Shown: positions 13,530 to 25,575, counted from the stretch's first letter. The stretch: 64,000 nt of DNA from Eledone cirrhosa (GCA_964016885.1 OZ024741.1:346642001-346706000), one strand, 5' to 3'. The notes: generated by a model not told the origin, from the sequence alone. Made by a program: numbers and translations.

Positions 13530-15746
13530 CTACGTTTTAAATTTAAACTTATATTTAAACGTTGAGTTCAATCTATGTCTGCAGCAACTGAATAAATTTG
13601 TCCGTAGATTAAGGGAATTTTTAGATTTTAGTATAAAGAATATCTCTTCCGCACAGAGGTCACATGTCTCAGAGGATGAATTAAAAGGAATCCCTCTTGA
13701 AACTATATTCCAAGTCGTCGAATATCTAACGTTATCATGCCTAAGTTGCCAGAGTACGCCTGATAGTGCTGTTGAGGATTTTTTGGATGGATCTGTGAAA
13801 GAATTCTTGTGGTTGTTATAGCGAAGTTTAAATTCCGTCGATGTGGAACCAACGTAGTTAAAAGAATTAACGTCCGTTTTAACATTACAGTTGTATATTA
13901 TATTTTTAACTAAGCAGTTGTTATTTAACGGACATTTAGATCTATCTCTACAGTTACATTTGTTAACTTGGATATTATTTATGCTATTATCGCTAGGTTT
14001 TAAGTTCCTATTATTTATTCTATTAATATTTTGTGCTAAATTTTTGGTGGATGAGTAGGTTAATTTTATAGTGTGTCTATTGAAAATTGAGTGATACCTA
14101 TGTGTTCTAGGGAAGCGATTATCAAGAGCTTTAAAAAATAGTTTAGCGATGTGGGTTTTAATGTTTAGTGAGAAAGGTGGGGGGACAAACCATATTATAT
14201 TCCTAGTTCTATTTCTTTTATGGCTTTTGGAATTATTGTAATGCTTTCTATTATAGTTGTTAAGGTTGTGGCCGTAATTAAAATAGTTGTTATTTTGTTT
14301 AATTTGTTTATCATTATCTATGTACATAATTTTATCACTATATCCTGCTCTAGCTAACGCTTCATTGTAATAATGGGCTTTTTCGTCGAAAATCTTTTTA
14401 TTAGATGAGATTCTAGAGATACGTGATTGAACAGAGTTTACTATAGTATTTTTAACAGATCTAGGGTGGTTAGAGTTAAAGCTGACATAGTTTAAGTTTT
14501 CATTCAACTTGTGAAATGGATAGTGAAGACATGTGTTGAGATTTAATGTTATATCTAGGAAGTTGACTATTCTATGGTTATTCTCAATTTCTATTTTTAG
14601 ATTAAAGTGATTAAAAAATTGTGTAATTTGTTTTCTTTTTCTATTTAGTTCAGAGTTATTATTATCAATAAGTAAAAGCATGTCATCTCTATATAAACCT
14701 CCGGTAGTACCAGGTATTTTCCTATGCAGCGAATTGATTAAAAATAAGCCCACAAGGTCAGTTACCTGAGCTGAGTCGGATGATCCCATAGCAATGTCAA
14801 AATTGTTATCTCTATCTGCTCGGGTCCATAGTTGGTCATTAAATTCTATCAATGTTTTCCTAGCCGATAATATAATGTGCATTTCATTGCTAGTTAGGTC
14901 TGTATGTTTGAATGCGTAATTTAGTGCCTTATTTAGTAGATTAGGGGTAATGGAAGAATAATAGTTAGCAATATCAAGTTGAATAAACTTATTATTATTG
15001 TTATATTTAATTTGCTTAAACCACTCAACAACCTCACCAGTTCCCTTCCACAAGCTCAGGTTAGGTAAACAACTCAAGTTTTTAATTTGCTGTATCACCC
15101 TGTCAAGAATGTTTTTGCTTAGTTTACCCAGGTCCGATTTTGATGGTGCGATCAATCTGACTGGCAAGTCATTCTCAAAATTTCTCTTGTGATCTTTCAT
15201 ATTGATCTTCGGTTTTCTGGGCACGAAAGGTTGTGTTCTGTTCTGAATTTCCAACTCGTGCATTATACAAGATGCCTCAACATTCATTTTCTCTAGCTCG
15301 GCCTTATCCGCTACCTTGTACTTTTTCCTCAGTTCTTTTAGCATGAGGCCATTATACATGTCTTTCTGCACTCCATAGAGGTTGTTGGTCTTGTCAGATT
15401 TTACCAAGATCTTCTCAGTTTTCTCTAAGCTCTCAATATTATCCCTAATGCCTTTCAGATATTCCTGGCCTTTGAAGTTTCTCTTGAATTTGACTCCTTG
15501 TATGATAGAAATTATATCGTTTTCAAAGTCAGATAAAAGTTTGTTGGGGGGTGGATTTCTTTTGGATTTGAAAACTTTGTTTAAGTCCGAGACATTTTCA
15601 TTTATATTAGATTTATCAAAGTGGAATGCTCGCCACCTGATTCTCCTTATAAAAGAGTCAGATTTATCTATTAATTGTTTTATAAAGTCTTTGTTTCTAG
15701 GTAGAGGTATGTCTTTTAAAGAGGAAGTAATCTTAAAGAATTCCAT
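13530..15746 (-). CDS. PLE polyprotein: reverse transcriptase, Cys linker and GIY-YIG endonuclease (Naiad-like architecture)
   Basis: 738 aa with KSDKT, KDHK..VRLI, QLDIANYY, AMGS, LYRDD, NFLD, CNC..CPL..C, IIY..YVG..F.R..H, CDLC..E, LN, CRH. Confidence 0.93.
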   Translation of the reverse strand: MEFFKITSSLKDIPLPRNKDFIKQLIDKSDSFIRRIRWRAFHFDKSNINENVSDLNKVFKSKRNPPPNKLLSDFENDIISIIQGVKFKRNFKGQEYLKGIRDNIESLEKTEKILVKSDKTNNLYGVQKDMYNGLMLKELRKKYKVADKAELEKMNVEASCIMHELEIQNRTQPFVPRKPKINMKDHKRNFENDLPVRLIAPSKSDLGKLSKNILDRVIQQIKNLSCLPNLSLWKGTGEVVEWFKQIKYNNNNKFIQLDIANYYSSITPNLLNKALNYAFKHTDLTSNEMHIILSARKTLIEFNDQLWTRADRDNNFDIAMGSSDSAQVTDLVGLFLINSLHRKIPGTTGGLYRDDMLLLIDNNNSELNRKRKQITQFFNHFNLKIEIENNHRIVNFLDITLNLNTCLHYPFHKLNENLNYVSFNSNHPRSVKNTIVNSVQSRISRISSNKKIFDEKAHYYNEALARAGYSDKIMYIDNDKQIKQNNNYFNYGHNLNNYNRKHYNNSKSHKRNRTRNIIWFVPPPFSLNIKTHIAKLFFKALDNRFPRTHRYHSIFNRHTIKLTYSSTKNLAQNINRINNRNLKPSDNSINNIQVNKCNCRDRSKCPLNNNCLVKNIIYNCNVKTDVNSFNYVGSTSTEFKLRYNNHKNSFTDPSKKSSTALSGVLWQLRHDNVRYSTTWNIVSRGIPFNSSSETCDLCAEEIFFILKSKNSLNLRTNLFSCCRHRLNSTFKYKFKFKT

Positions 15747-15925
15747 TTTTTCAGTTATAATATAAAGCGCTCAACAGTATTGGAGCAAGATACATGGAAA
15801 GTTATATTTAAATTGTTGGGTTAACGACGAGTAAATATTTATAACTGATATAAAAGCACTCAACAAGTATTTGGAGTATATTTATGATATTAAATAAATG
15901 GAAACTATATTTATAAAACCATATT

Positions 15926-15991
15926 TATTTCATTATATATATTTCAGGGATATCATATTAACAATATTTTATGCCTTCTTCAGACAAAATA
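15926..15991 (-). ncRNA. Minimal type I HHR in the 5' pLTR
   Basis: Same motif as 12183-12248. Confidence 0.88.
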
Positions 15992-16004
15992 CAATATAAA
16001 CAGT

Positions 16005-16085
<81 letters not shown>

Positions 16086-16243
16086 TGATACTATTTATGG
16101 TTATGTATATACAAAAACTTTTTATAGTTATGTATATTTTAAACCCTAAACAGTGAAGGTCAGTAATTTATTACTACCTTATTACCAGTAAGATAAATAG
16201 TTCAATGTAATAACATCAGTTGTTCTACAGAGCGGTTATATAG

Positions 16244-16893
16244 AATTCACAAGAATCAAAGCTATGTTCAAAGCATTTATTCACTTACAATTGTTTCATC
16301 CAAACCTTGGCTTGGAGACTTCGGATGATTTTTCAATGTTTGTACACATAATTGACCTCCTTTCCAACGCAAGAGACATACAGATGCATATATATATTGA
16401 TGTACAGTGGAGTGACATATATTATACTATATTATTTCTGTATAGCAATTCAAATTCAAAATCAGAATCAAAATTAAAATTAAAACAAAATTGAAACAAA
16501 ATTAAAACAAAATTAAAATACATTCTGCAGTTAACACAGATAACACAGATAATGCAAGAGGATAGTTTGTTAGTCAGATGTAGTAGTTAGAGTATGCGTT
16601 AGTTACACATGGGGCATGCAAGTGTGTCTCATTTATATATGATTATTGTGTGGCAGTGTGTTACATGTAATACAAGCACTTTAATTTTGTTTTAATTTTA
16701 ATTTTGATTTTGATTTTGAATAGTACATCAATATATATATATATATATATGTATCTGTATGTCTCTTGCGTTGGAAAGGAGGTCAATTATGTGTACAAAC
16801 ATCGAAAATGCTCCGAAGACTCCGAGCCTAGGTTTGGATGAAACAAATGTAAGTGAATAAATGCTTTGAACATAGCTTTGATTCTTGTGAATT
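16244..16893. mobile_element. Fold-back non-coding insert with an HHR-like motif in each arm
   Basis: 16244-16410 is inverted at 16720-16893. At 16809-16855: TGCT-CCGAAGA-cTCCGAGC ctag GTTTGGAt-GAAA-CAAATG-TA-AGTG (the other arm has the palindrome CAATTG). Confidence 0.7.
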
Positions 16894-17019
16894 ATATATA
16901 TATATATTATATATATAACGTGGGAATCTAATCACAGTATCCCCATAAATAACCCTATCTTTAGAAAATCGGGTAAAATACCGTTCGGGAGAGAAACTAA
17001 TGGTCAGCCGCAACAAGGC

Positions 17020-17630
17020 GTTTCCCTGAGGCTCGCCCTCCGGATCTGCCAGCTACACCAATGTCGCTGCGGTTCCACCGTGGACTCTTTCGGCCTCCAC
17101 CCGCTTTCCTGTCGCCACAGTCCCGGCCGCATTCCACGCCATACTGCTCTCAACAAGGTCATTAAACATGGCTTGGACGCTGCAGGCTTCCCTCCCAGCT
17201 CGAGCGGGTGGGGCTGGATCGAGGGGACGGCAAATGGCCAGATGGCCTGACCATCTCCTCGTTCTGCGGTGGCAAACCCCTCGTCTGGGATGCCACTGGC
17301 ACCGCCACTTTCTGCAGCCGCAACCTTGTGCAGTCTGCGACTGACCCAGGTTCTGCTGTACGGCGGGCTGAGGGGGACAAACTCCTCAAATACCGGTCGC
17401 TCTCCGACAGGTTTGCGGTCGTACGCCGGGCAGTGGAGACTTCTGGTGTCCTCGGCCCCAGGGCTACCTCCTTACTCACCACAATAGGCGCTGAGCTGGC
17501 CAGCCGCAGGTGTGAGCCCCGCGAGTTGGAGTGGCTTTTCCAGCGTGTCTCTATTGCCGTCCTCCGGGGAAAAGCCTTCTCCATTCTGTCCGCCAGGGCT
17601 GTGGGTGGGCCCGATCGCGTACCGTTGTAG
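17020..17630 (+). mobile_element. 3' fragment of a CRE-like non-LTR retrotransposon (restriction-like endonuclease domain)
   Basis: GC-rich island translating to [16 protein letters not shown]...AE..K..KY...AVETSG..G...FQRVSIAV.RG, a PD-(D/E)xK REL signature. Confidence 0.8.
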
Positions 17631-18016
17631 TTGTTATAGAAGAAACAGGAAGACAACAACTGGAAAGTTTGATTTTCTATAACTGTCATATCTTCTGTAT
17701 ACATATAGCCTTTCCATGACTAGATGGTTTAAGTTTATTTGGAATCTGCACTTAGTCATGTGCTGGTAATAGGATTTATTTAAAAAAACCTATCAATCTA
17801 TCTATCAATCTATCCCGTTATCTATAATAATATATATTATCTCAGTGCATTACTGCTACTTTATTTTATCGATCCGTAAGGATGAAAGCAATGTTAACAT
17901 CGGCGGGATTTGAACTACGGTCTGAGTAATATGAAATGATAGTTCAGACATTAATTATTAAGAATAACATATTAGCATTTTAATGTTGACAACTGTACAG
18001 CATTATATCTTAATAA

Positions 18017-18203
18017 GGCGTTGGATTGGCAGTATCAGTAGAGGGTCGGACGCCATGCTGTCCAGCATAGTTACGTCCCTTTACGATCTGAGTTCAAATC
18101 CCGCCGAGGTTGACTTTGCCTTTCATCCTTACGGGGTCGATAAAATAATGTACCAGTAATGCACTGGGTAATTGCTGGCCTTGTGCCTAAAGCAGAAACA
18201 ATT
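18017..18203 (+). mobile_element. tRNA-derived SINE (same family as 7966)
   Basis: A/B boxes and core present. TSD attatatcttaataagg. Confidence 0.88.
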
Positions 18204-18332
18204 ATATCTTAATAAGGGTAGTGGATTTCTGAAATATAAAGAATTCGAAGTTTAAAAGCCACAACAATGCGGGTTTGGGCGGAGAATAATTAAATTGTAA
18301 GAAACGCGGCTTGTATTTCTTTTATTCATATG

Positions 18333-18370
18333 TCCTGATATTTCGAGATTAATATCTCTTCTTCCGAGGA
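18333..18370 (-). ncRNA. Degenerate minimal HHR motif
   Basis: TCCT-CGGAAGA-A-GAGAT atta ATCTC-GAAA-TA-TC-AGGA. Confidence 0.5.
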
Positions 18371-18470
18371 AAATAAAGGAACGATTCCAGTGTGTGATGT
18401 GGCCTGTTATACTCTTCTCCGCTAAACCATATACAATGCTGCAAGTAAACTACACATTCTTTCTCATGCA

Positions 18471-18502
<32 letters not shown>

Positions 18503-19469
18503 GTAATATTAATGTGTATATATGTTTCTATATGAAAACAAATTCGATTTATTTTATTTTATGCATTATCAGCTATGCATAATGAAAATTCCCAACAAAA
18601 CCTACGGTTTTTAAAAAACTTTATATATTTATCGATCCATTAATATCGTTGATATAAACAACATTGAATATGGATGAAATTGTTGTAAGCTTCTAAATTA
18701 ATGATATTAAATATAGGGTTATTTGTCTACCTTAAGTAATAGTTATGGATTGAGACACAAACCTAAAAGAATTATTAATTTTAATTTGACAGAAATTTTA
18801 AGTTTTTTCCAATGGGAGCAAAGTGTTCTTTGAATAGTGAAAAGTTGTTAAATTATTTATCGGGAAATCTCTGCTTTAAATAAATATTATATTAATGCAC
18901 CGAATTGCACTCATTTTCATGGCTTCGAGATTGTTGACAACGATGGAGAATGTTTTTTCCTTTTATCTCCTTATCTCCCGCTTTCTCACTATGTATGACT
19001 GTATATCTGCCTGACATATTCTTTCTCTCTATATCTATATATAAATAATGTATAAAATCTGTTCTCCCTGCCCAGGTCTCTATCTCTCTCTGCGCACCCC
19101 CTATTCTCCCCACCCCTCTCTCTCTATGTGTCTCTGTTAGTATATATATATATCGTCTTCCGTATAAGACTTCTGATGTCTCATGTTGTCATTCGGCTGA
19201 TCGATATCAGAGATCAGTGATCATTTTCCAGGGCCCACCGCAAAGAATTCGACAATTTAAGCCTTATTGGACTGCAGTCTATATGCTAATTTTCTATCTT
19301 TCTATTTCTTTTCTTTCTATATTCATTTCTCTTACGGCTAAGGCAGCACTCACCATTCTCTCTCCTCTTTATCAGTTGGAGCACTTAGGATACTTTTTCA
19401 TCTCATTCCTGTAATTCGCCGAAAGGCCTAACTTGTTCTTGGCGTATGTGTGTCCCCCCCCCCCCACAT

Positions 19470-19547
<78 letters not shown>

Positions 19548-19550
19548 TTT

Positions 19551-20243
19551 ATTATTTTACGGAATATAGGACGCGCTTTTTTACCAAAAGTTGACCCTCT
19601 GAATCACTGTGCATCTTATAATGCGAAGGTCAGGTTGGGGGTAATTATCGTATGTATATATTTTATAATTACAAAGTAGGAAATATTTAGACTTTTGTTT
19701 ACATTTTCGAAAGTAAACCTTCTTCTTTGTTACCAATTTCGTGCACATACGACTGTGAATACAGTAAGGAGGGTAACTTAAACACTGAAATATCTGTCAT
19801 ACCTGGTGGACTGAATTCTCAATTACAAACCCTTGATGTTTCACTAAACAACCCTTTTAAAGCACACATGAGAGAGGAATGGGATAATTGGATGAAGAAT
19901 TCGCAACATGAATTGAACCGAAAAGACACATATATTTTCTCAGGGAACCCAGTATGTGAAAATCTCGTGGGGGTGGTGTTAAAACTAAGACAGTTATAAA
20001 AGGTTTCAAAACATGTGGTATCAGAAAGGCCCTAGATAAGACCGAATATGATTTTCTATATAAGGATAGCGACACAAGTGATTCTGAAAACAGATCATGA
20101 ATTTCAGTAACCAGATGAGTTTGACCCGGGGAAATCAATGAGGATGACAGTAATCATGATTTTATAAAATTGATAACATTTTAATAGCATTAAAATTCTT
20201 TCCTGGATATTCATGGTGCGTCTTACATTCCGAAAATTACGGT
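19551..20243 (+). mobile_element. Internally deleted pogo/Tigger-like DNA transposon
   Basis: DDE fragment VIPGGLNSQLQTLDVSLNNPFKAHMREEW. Imperfect TIRs attttacggaatataggacgc / gcgtcttacattccgaaaattacggt. Confidence 0.78.
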
Positions 20244-20255
20244 CCCTCCTCTCTC

Positions 20256-20342
<87 letters not shown>

Positions 20343-20346
<4 letters not shown>

Positions 20347-20635
20347 AAATGTGTGTAATCCTTGGTACAGTTAGAAATACCACATGTAGTCAGAAATACC
20401 ACATGTAGCGCACACTTTGCATCATGCGGGAAGGGAAAATTCACAATCTTCCCTTTCTTCAAGATATGGTCGGATAACGAACATTTCCGCAGATATAAAG
20501 AAGAATTCTTCATTGAAAAATTTAAACCACTACTGAACACGAAAAAATGAATTAACACTCGGAGGTAAAATTACATTTCACTACCCCCCACCCTCTTCTT
20601 ATGTATACACATGAATATCTGAATGAACGGTGAGA
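20343..20635 (+). mobile_element. Short PLE fragment (GIY-YIG C-terminus)
   Basis: HFASCG...FPFFK...RRYKEEFFIEKFKPLLN is typical of a PLE endonuclease end. Confidence 0.65.
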
Positions 20636-20707
20636 CACACACATATATGTGTGTAGGGATGTATGGATGTATGTACGTGTGGGTATATATGTATGTGGGT
20701 GTGTGTA

Positions 20708-20745
<38 letters not shown>

Positions 20746-20811
20746 CATATATGTATGGATGTGTGTATGTTTGTATGTGTGTGTGTATATATATATGTAT
20801 ATATATATGTG

Positions 20812-20844
<33 letters not shown>

Positions 20845-21379
20845 ATATATGTGTATATGTACATGTATGTATGTGTATGTTTGTATATATGTGTGTGTGT
20901 GTGTATGTGTATGTACCTATATATATGTGTGTGTGTGTGTATGTATGTGCATATATGTATATATGTGTGTATATATGTGTATGTTTCTGTTTGTGTATAT
21001 GTATGTATGTATGTAGATGTATGTGTATATATATGTATATATATGTATGTGTGTATGTGTGTATGTATGTGTGTGTGTGTGTATATATATGTATATATAT
21101 ATATGTATGTATATATGTATATATATATATATATGTATGTATGTATGTACATGTATGTGTATGTATGTATGTGTGTGTGTATGTACTTGTATGTGTATGT
21201 GTATGTATGTGTATATATATACACATATATATATATGTGTATATGTATGTGTATATATATGTATATGGATATGTATGTATGTGTATATGTATGTGTATAT
21301 GTGTGTATGTGTCTGTATGTATTTATGTGTACATATGTGTATATGTATGTGTATGTATGTGTGTGTATATGTGTATATA

Positions 21380-21430
<51 letters not shown>

Positions 21431-21533
21431 TTGTATGCCTCTCTCTTTATATGTGTATATATATATAGATGTATGTGTGTATATGTATGTATATGTATGT
21501 ATGTATATGTATGTATATGTGTATATATATATA

Positions 21534-21584
<51 letters not shown>

Positions 21585-21872
21585 ATGTGTGTGTATGTGT
21601 ATATGTATGTATATATATATATGTATATATATGTATGTATGTTATATTTGGGGAGGGTCATATTTGCGTAATATTGCCAGAATTAATAACAGAACACACT
21701 CACTGTTTGGTTGGTTTTCGCTTCTCGCTGTCTTTTATATATATATATCTGCGATCTAACTTACTCGGTCCTCAATGTTGCCATTGACTGACCGGCAATC
21801 CGCTTCTTAAAACACTGTGTTTCCTCCAAAACATACACAACAAACATATCAAAACAAGTAAATAATTTATTA

Positions 21873-24746
21873 TTGAACAAAACACAAGCTGAACGGCTAA
21901 AACACACAATAACAGTTAATATGAAAAGAACAACATACACAAAAGTCAACGCACTCTACAGACAAAAACGCATCAACGGTAAGGAAATCCGAAATCTCAT
22001 CACAGCAAACGAGAGAGATGACTTCATGAGCGTCATCCGACGCGAAACGAAATATGCTCAAAACGAATGCTGTAGGCATTTCAAGAAGAAATTAGAATGG
22101 ATGAATAAGAAAAAACTACAAGAAAGGAAAATCGAATATTCTCAAAAATACCCAGATAACATCGACAACATCCGTATGAGTGATGTAAAACTACCGGAAG
22201 AATTTACCAATGACCACACAGTAAATATCTATGGGAACACTTTAATCAGTGAACAAGAACAACAAATCCTAAAGTTACCACCAAAATTTGCCATCTACAA
22301 AAAGATTGACCCTATGGAATGCAAAACGGAGCTGGAAAAGTGTTTCACAAAAATACGTTGGAATGCAAAGGTAAACAACAACAACAATAATAACGGTAGT
22401 AGTAATATAAACAATAACTCTGGGTATAGAAATAACAGCCATAACCATAACAATGGCAGGAAAGTGAGAAATAGTGATAATGGCAATAATACTAGCGATA
22501 GACAGAACAACAACAACCACAATAATAATAATAATAGAAACGTTAACCACAGACACAGCAACAGTGACCACAGTAGTAATAACGGTAACAATACGAACAA
22601 CAACAACAACAACAATAACCACAGTGGTAATAATGGAAATAGTACATGTAGCAACATCAACAAAAACAAGAAACATAATAATAGTAACAACCACAATGGT
22701 AGAAATAGCAGTAACAACAACAACAATAACGGTGAAGTAAACAACAATACATCTAGCAATCATAACAATAATAATATTAATGCTAATGATAGAAACAACA
22801 ACAACCACCATGATAACAATAATAGCAACACACACAACTATGACGATAGAAATAACGACAACCCCTTAGAGAAACTATTTTTCAACCCAGCTGACAAAAC
22901 ATATAAGATGGGTAATATCTATCCTACGAGGTTACCCTTTAATAAAAGAGTTTGCATACCACAGCAAATAGATGACGAGACGGAGGCACAGTTCACCATA
23001 GCTAGAAATAAGATTAGACAAGTAGTAGACAGGTACACTATGAGACAGAGCAGACCAGAGGCCCAACAACTTGGGATAAAACCTGTAGAAGGCTTGGTTA
23101 GCCTCAAGCAGCGCACAAGGGATGGTGAGGTAGTGTGTCTACCCACAGATAAGTCTGGTAGGATGTCAATAGATAGCATGCCGAACTACATCGAGGCAAT
23201 GCAACCCCACATCACCAACACGAGCGAAGTTGCACAACTAACACACGATGGGAGAGAAAAAATCCTCAACGCTCACATGATGATGTGGACTGACATCCTA
23301 AAGCCAAGCAGACGCACTGCCAACAACTTCCAGGCGTCTAACAATGGCATACCACCCTTGTATGGGCTCCGCAAAGACCACAAGACAGTCGACGACCCGA
23401 CAACAGGACCACCAACAAGACCCGTATGCGGAGCTAATATAGCTAGCAACTACAGGATCTCCTACTTCCTCTCAGTGGTTATACGCCCCATAATCAAGAT
23501 GTCCCCAGATGTATGTGAAAGTACAGAGGACCTCCTCAGGAGAATCAGTGAGTGCAACAAAAACAGGAGCCTATCCAACTGCATAATAGGCAGCATGGAT
23601 GTGGTGTCACTGTACCCATCCATTAACATTGATTTTGCTGTGAAAAGATGTGTGGAGATGATCATTGAGAGTGAGGTGGAGTTCTGCGACGTCGACACAA
23701 ACGAACTGGGCCTCCTACTTAGACTTACCTACGACACTGACTACCTAGACAGCCATGACCTTAGATGTTTCTGCCCTAGTAGACCTATAAGAGGTAGACC
23801 CCCCACCATAACCTCAATGGCTAAAAAGACTCCCATAGGAAGGTGGATTGGGTGGACCAAAGCTATACGGACCCCCCAAAACACTGAACAGGTAAGAAAA
23901 ATGGTCGCACATGCAATAGGGGCTAGTATCAAAACTACCCTAAAGGGCCACATATTTAAGTTCAATGAGAAAATCTACACCCAAAATGAGGGAGCAGCCA
24001 TCGGCGTCAGCATAGCTGGTGATGTTGCCAACCTTTTCATGGTATGGTGGGAAAGGAGACTTAAAGATCTCCTTAATGAAAGCTCCATAGACCTCATCAT
24101 GTACTCTCGTTATGTAGACGATATCAATATAGTTATAAGAACACCCCCACTAGAGAGCACTAACAAGTTTGATTTGGAACGTAGCACGATGGAAAGCATC
24201 CAGCAGATAGCTAATTCCATACACCAGAGTATAACTGTAACTATAGACTTCCCTTCCAAACACCCTAACAATAGACTACCTGTATTAGACACAGAACTCT
24301 GGATTAACACTATAGACGAGAGAGCCCAAATTCTCCACTCACACTATGCTAAACCCATGGCCTCCAAATACCTGATACTCAAAAACTCAGCAATGTCCAG
24401 TAGTGCTAAGTTTAATATTCTGATCGCAGATTTGGTACGAGTGATGAAGAATGTGTCCAGCATGTGCGACCCAACAGAAATGGAAGGACACATCCAACAC
24501 TTCATCAACCGCATGCAGTTCTCTGGCTACAACCAAAGAGACAGAGTCAGAGTATACGAAGGAGCCATGGAAAAGTATAAGACCCTCATAGAACTGGACA
24601 TGAAAGGAATTTGCCCACTATACAGGAGCAAATCATGGAATAGCTTAGATAGGGCTAGACATAAGATAGGGAAGGCCACATCATGGTACGACAACCAGAG
24701 ATACCGAGTGTCATGTTTGTGGACGCCACCCCTGGAGGGAAATTAG
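21873..24746 (+). CDS. PLE reverse transcriptase ORF with ~165-aa Asn-rich insert; reading frame open from ~21796
   Basis: PTDKSG, KDHK..PTRPV, SMDVVSLYPSI, GAAIG, YSRYVDD, LPVLD, YAKPM. Confidence 0.9.
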   Translation: MNKTQAERLKHTITVNMKRTTYTKVNALYRQKRINGKEIRNLITANERDDFMSVIRRETKYAQNECCRHFKKKLEWMNKKKLQERKIEYSQKYPDNIDNIRMSDVKLPEEFTNDHTVNIYGNTLISEQEQQILKLPPKFAIYKKIDPMECKTELEKCFTKIRWNAKVNNNNNNNGSSNINNNSGYRNNSHNHNNGRKVRNSDNGNNTSDRQNNNNHNNNNNRNVNHRHSNSDHSSNNGNNTNNNNNNNNHSGNNGNSTCSNINKNKKHNNSNNHNGRNSSNNNNNNGEVNNNTSSNHNNNNINANDRNNNNHHDNNNSNTHNYDDRNNDNPLEKLFFNPADKTYKMGNIYPTRLPFNKRVCIPQQIDDETEAQFTIARNKIRQVVDRYTMRQSRPEAQQLGIKPVEGLVSLKQRTRDGEVVCLPTDKSGRMSIDSMPNYIEAMQPHITNTSEVAQLTHDGREKILNAHMMMWTDILKPSRRTANNFQASNNGIPPLYGLRKDHKTVDDPTTGPPTRPVCGANIASNYRISYFLSVVIRPIIKMSPDVCESTEDLLRRISECNKNRSLSNCIIGSMDVVSLYPSINIDFAVKRCVEMIIESEVEFCDVDTNELGLLLRLTYDTDYLDSHDLRCFCPSRPIRGRPPTITSMAKKTPIGRWIGWTKAIRTPQNTEQVRKMVAHAIGASIKTTLKGHIFKFNEKIYTQNEGAAIGVSIAGDVANLFMVWWERRLKDLLNESSIDLIMYSRYVDDINIVIRTPPLESTNKFDLERSTMESIQQIANSIHQSITVTIDFPSKHPNNRLPVLDTELWINTIDERAQILHSHYAKPMASKYLILKNSAMSSSAKFNILIADLVRVMKNVSSMCDPTEMEGHIQHFINRMQFSGYNQRDRVRVYEGAMEKYKTLIELDMKGICPLYRSKSWNSLDRARHKIGKATSWYDNQRYRVSCLWTPPLEGN

Positions 24747-25260
24747 CTAACCAGTGTAGAAAGGCCCTGAGAAGGACCCACTTAAAAATAAAGGTGGTAA
24801 AAAAGCCAGGAACCACCATAAAATCCCTGATCAGCAAAACCTACCCTTTTAAGAAAACCCACTGTACCAATAGGAAATGTATCATATGTAAGGTGAACCC
24901 CCGGATAAACTGTAAAACTAGAAACGTAGTCTATAGCATAAGATGTACAGAGGGTACTTGCAGAAACATGACAACAACATACATAGGTGAGACAGCTCGT
25001 AGCATAGGTGAAAGGATAGACCAACACTGGGGGGAACTAAAAGGACGAAAAAACGGGTCAGTACTATACGAACATGCTAGACAATAACACGACGGTAACA
25101 TAGACAACATAGAAATTAGAATAATATCTAAACATAGAAATGACCCAGCAGATAGGCAAATCAGAGAGGCCAGTGAAATAGAAATTAGAAGACGAAAGCT
25201 AAACAGAAAGAATGAGTGGAACAACAACAACACCCAAACAAACAACACTGACCTAAGAGA
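24683..25260 (+). pseudogene. Frameshifted GIY-YIG endonuclease part of the same PLE, with internal TAA at 25085-25087
   Basis: VMFVDATPGG, C..C..C..C linker, VVY..C...YIGETAR...R..H. After the stop the frame continues HDGN...RQIREASEI..LNRKNEW. Confidence 0.85.
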
Positions 25261-25530
25261 AGTATAAATAAGTAAATAAAATTAAATAAAATAAGATAAA
25301 CAAATACATACACAAGCACATAAACACACACTAATCACCCAGCAGACACAACACTATACACACTAGTCACACATCACACATAAAACTATACACACACGCA
25401 AACGCATGCGCAAAGAAGACAAAATAAAATAAGATAAACAAACAAGCAAATAAATAAATAAATATATAGACAGACTGAACAAAAAAAATGGCGTAGACAT
25501 ACAACACAACAGGAGGAACAATGAATATAA

Positions 25531-25575
25531 CACCACTGACGATGTTGCAGATGTGCAACGAAAGATTTATGTAAA
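25531..25575 (+). ncRNA. HHR core in PLE 3' region, helix I eroded; copies at ~38528-38575(-) and ~57076-57118(+)
   Basis: CACCA-CTGACGA-T-GTTGCA gatg TGCAAC-GAAA-GATT-TA-TG. Confidence 0.6.

Larger units (their letters stand above)
12141..16010 (-). mobile_element. Apparently intact Penelope-like element with two direct pseudo-LTRs, inserted in (TA)n
   Basis: The ~127-bp direct repeats at 12141-12267 and 15884-16010 differ at one visible base and flank an uninterrupted ORF. (TA)n on both sides. Confidence 0.93.

Noticed and set aside
13530-15746. Selenocysteine recoding, as reported for some Naiad PLEs
   Set aside because: No in-frame TGA in the intact ORF, and the Cys motifs use normal codons. 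No SECIS could be supported by eye.
20552-21787. Long ORFs of 200-340 aa rich in Y/I/V/C/H/T, and many similar ones elsewhere
   Set aside because: They are translations of TA/TG/CA microsatellites that lack stops by composition.
22275-22835. Hydrophobic poly-Leu/Val ORFs that look like membrane proteins (also 32462-33022 and 36074-36296)
   Set aside because: They are antisense or alternative-frame readings of trinucleotide-rich tracts.
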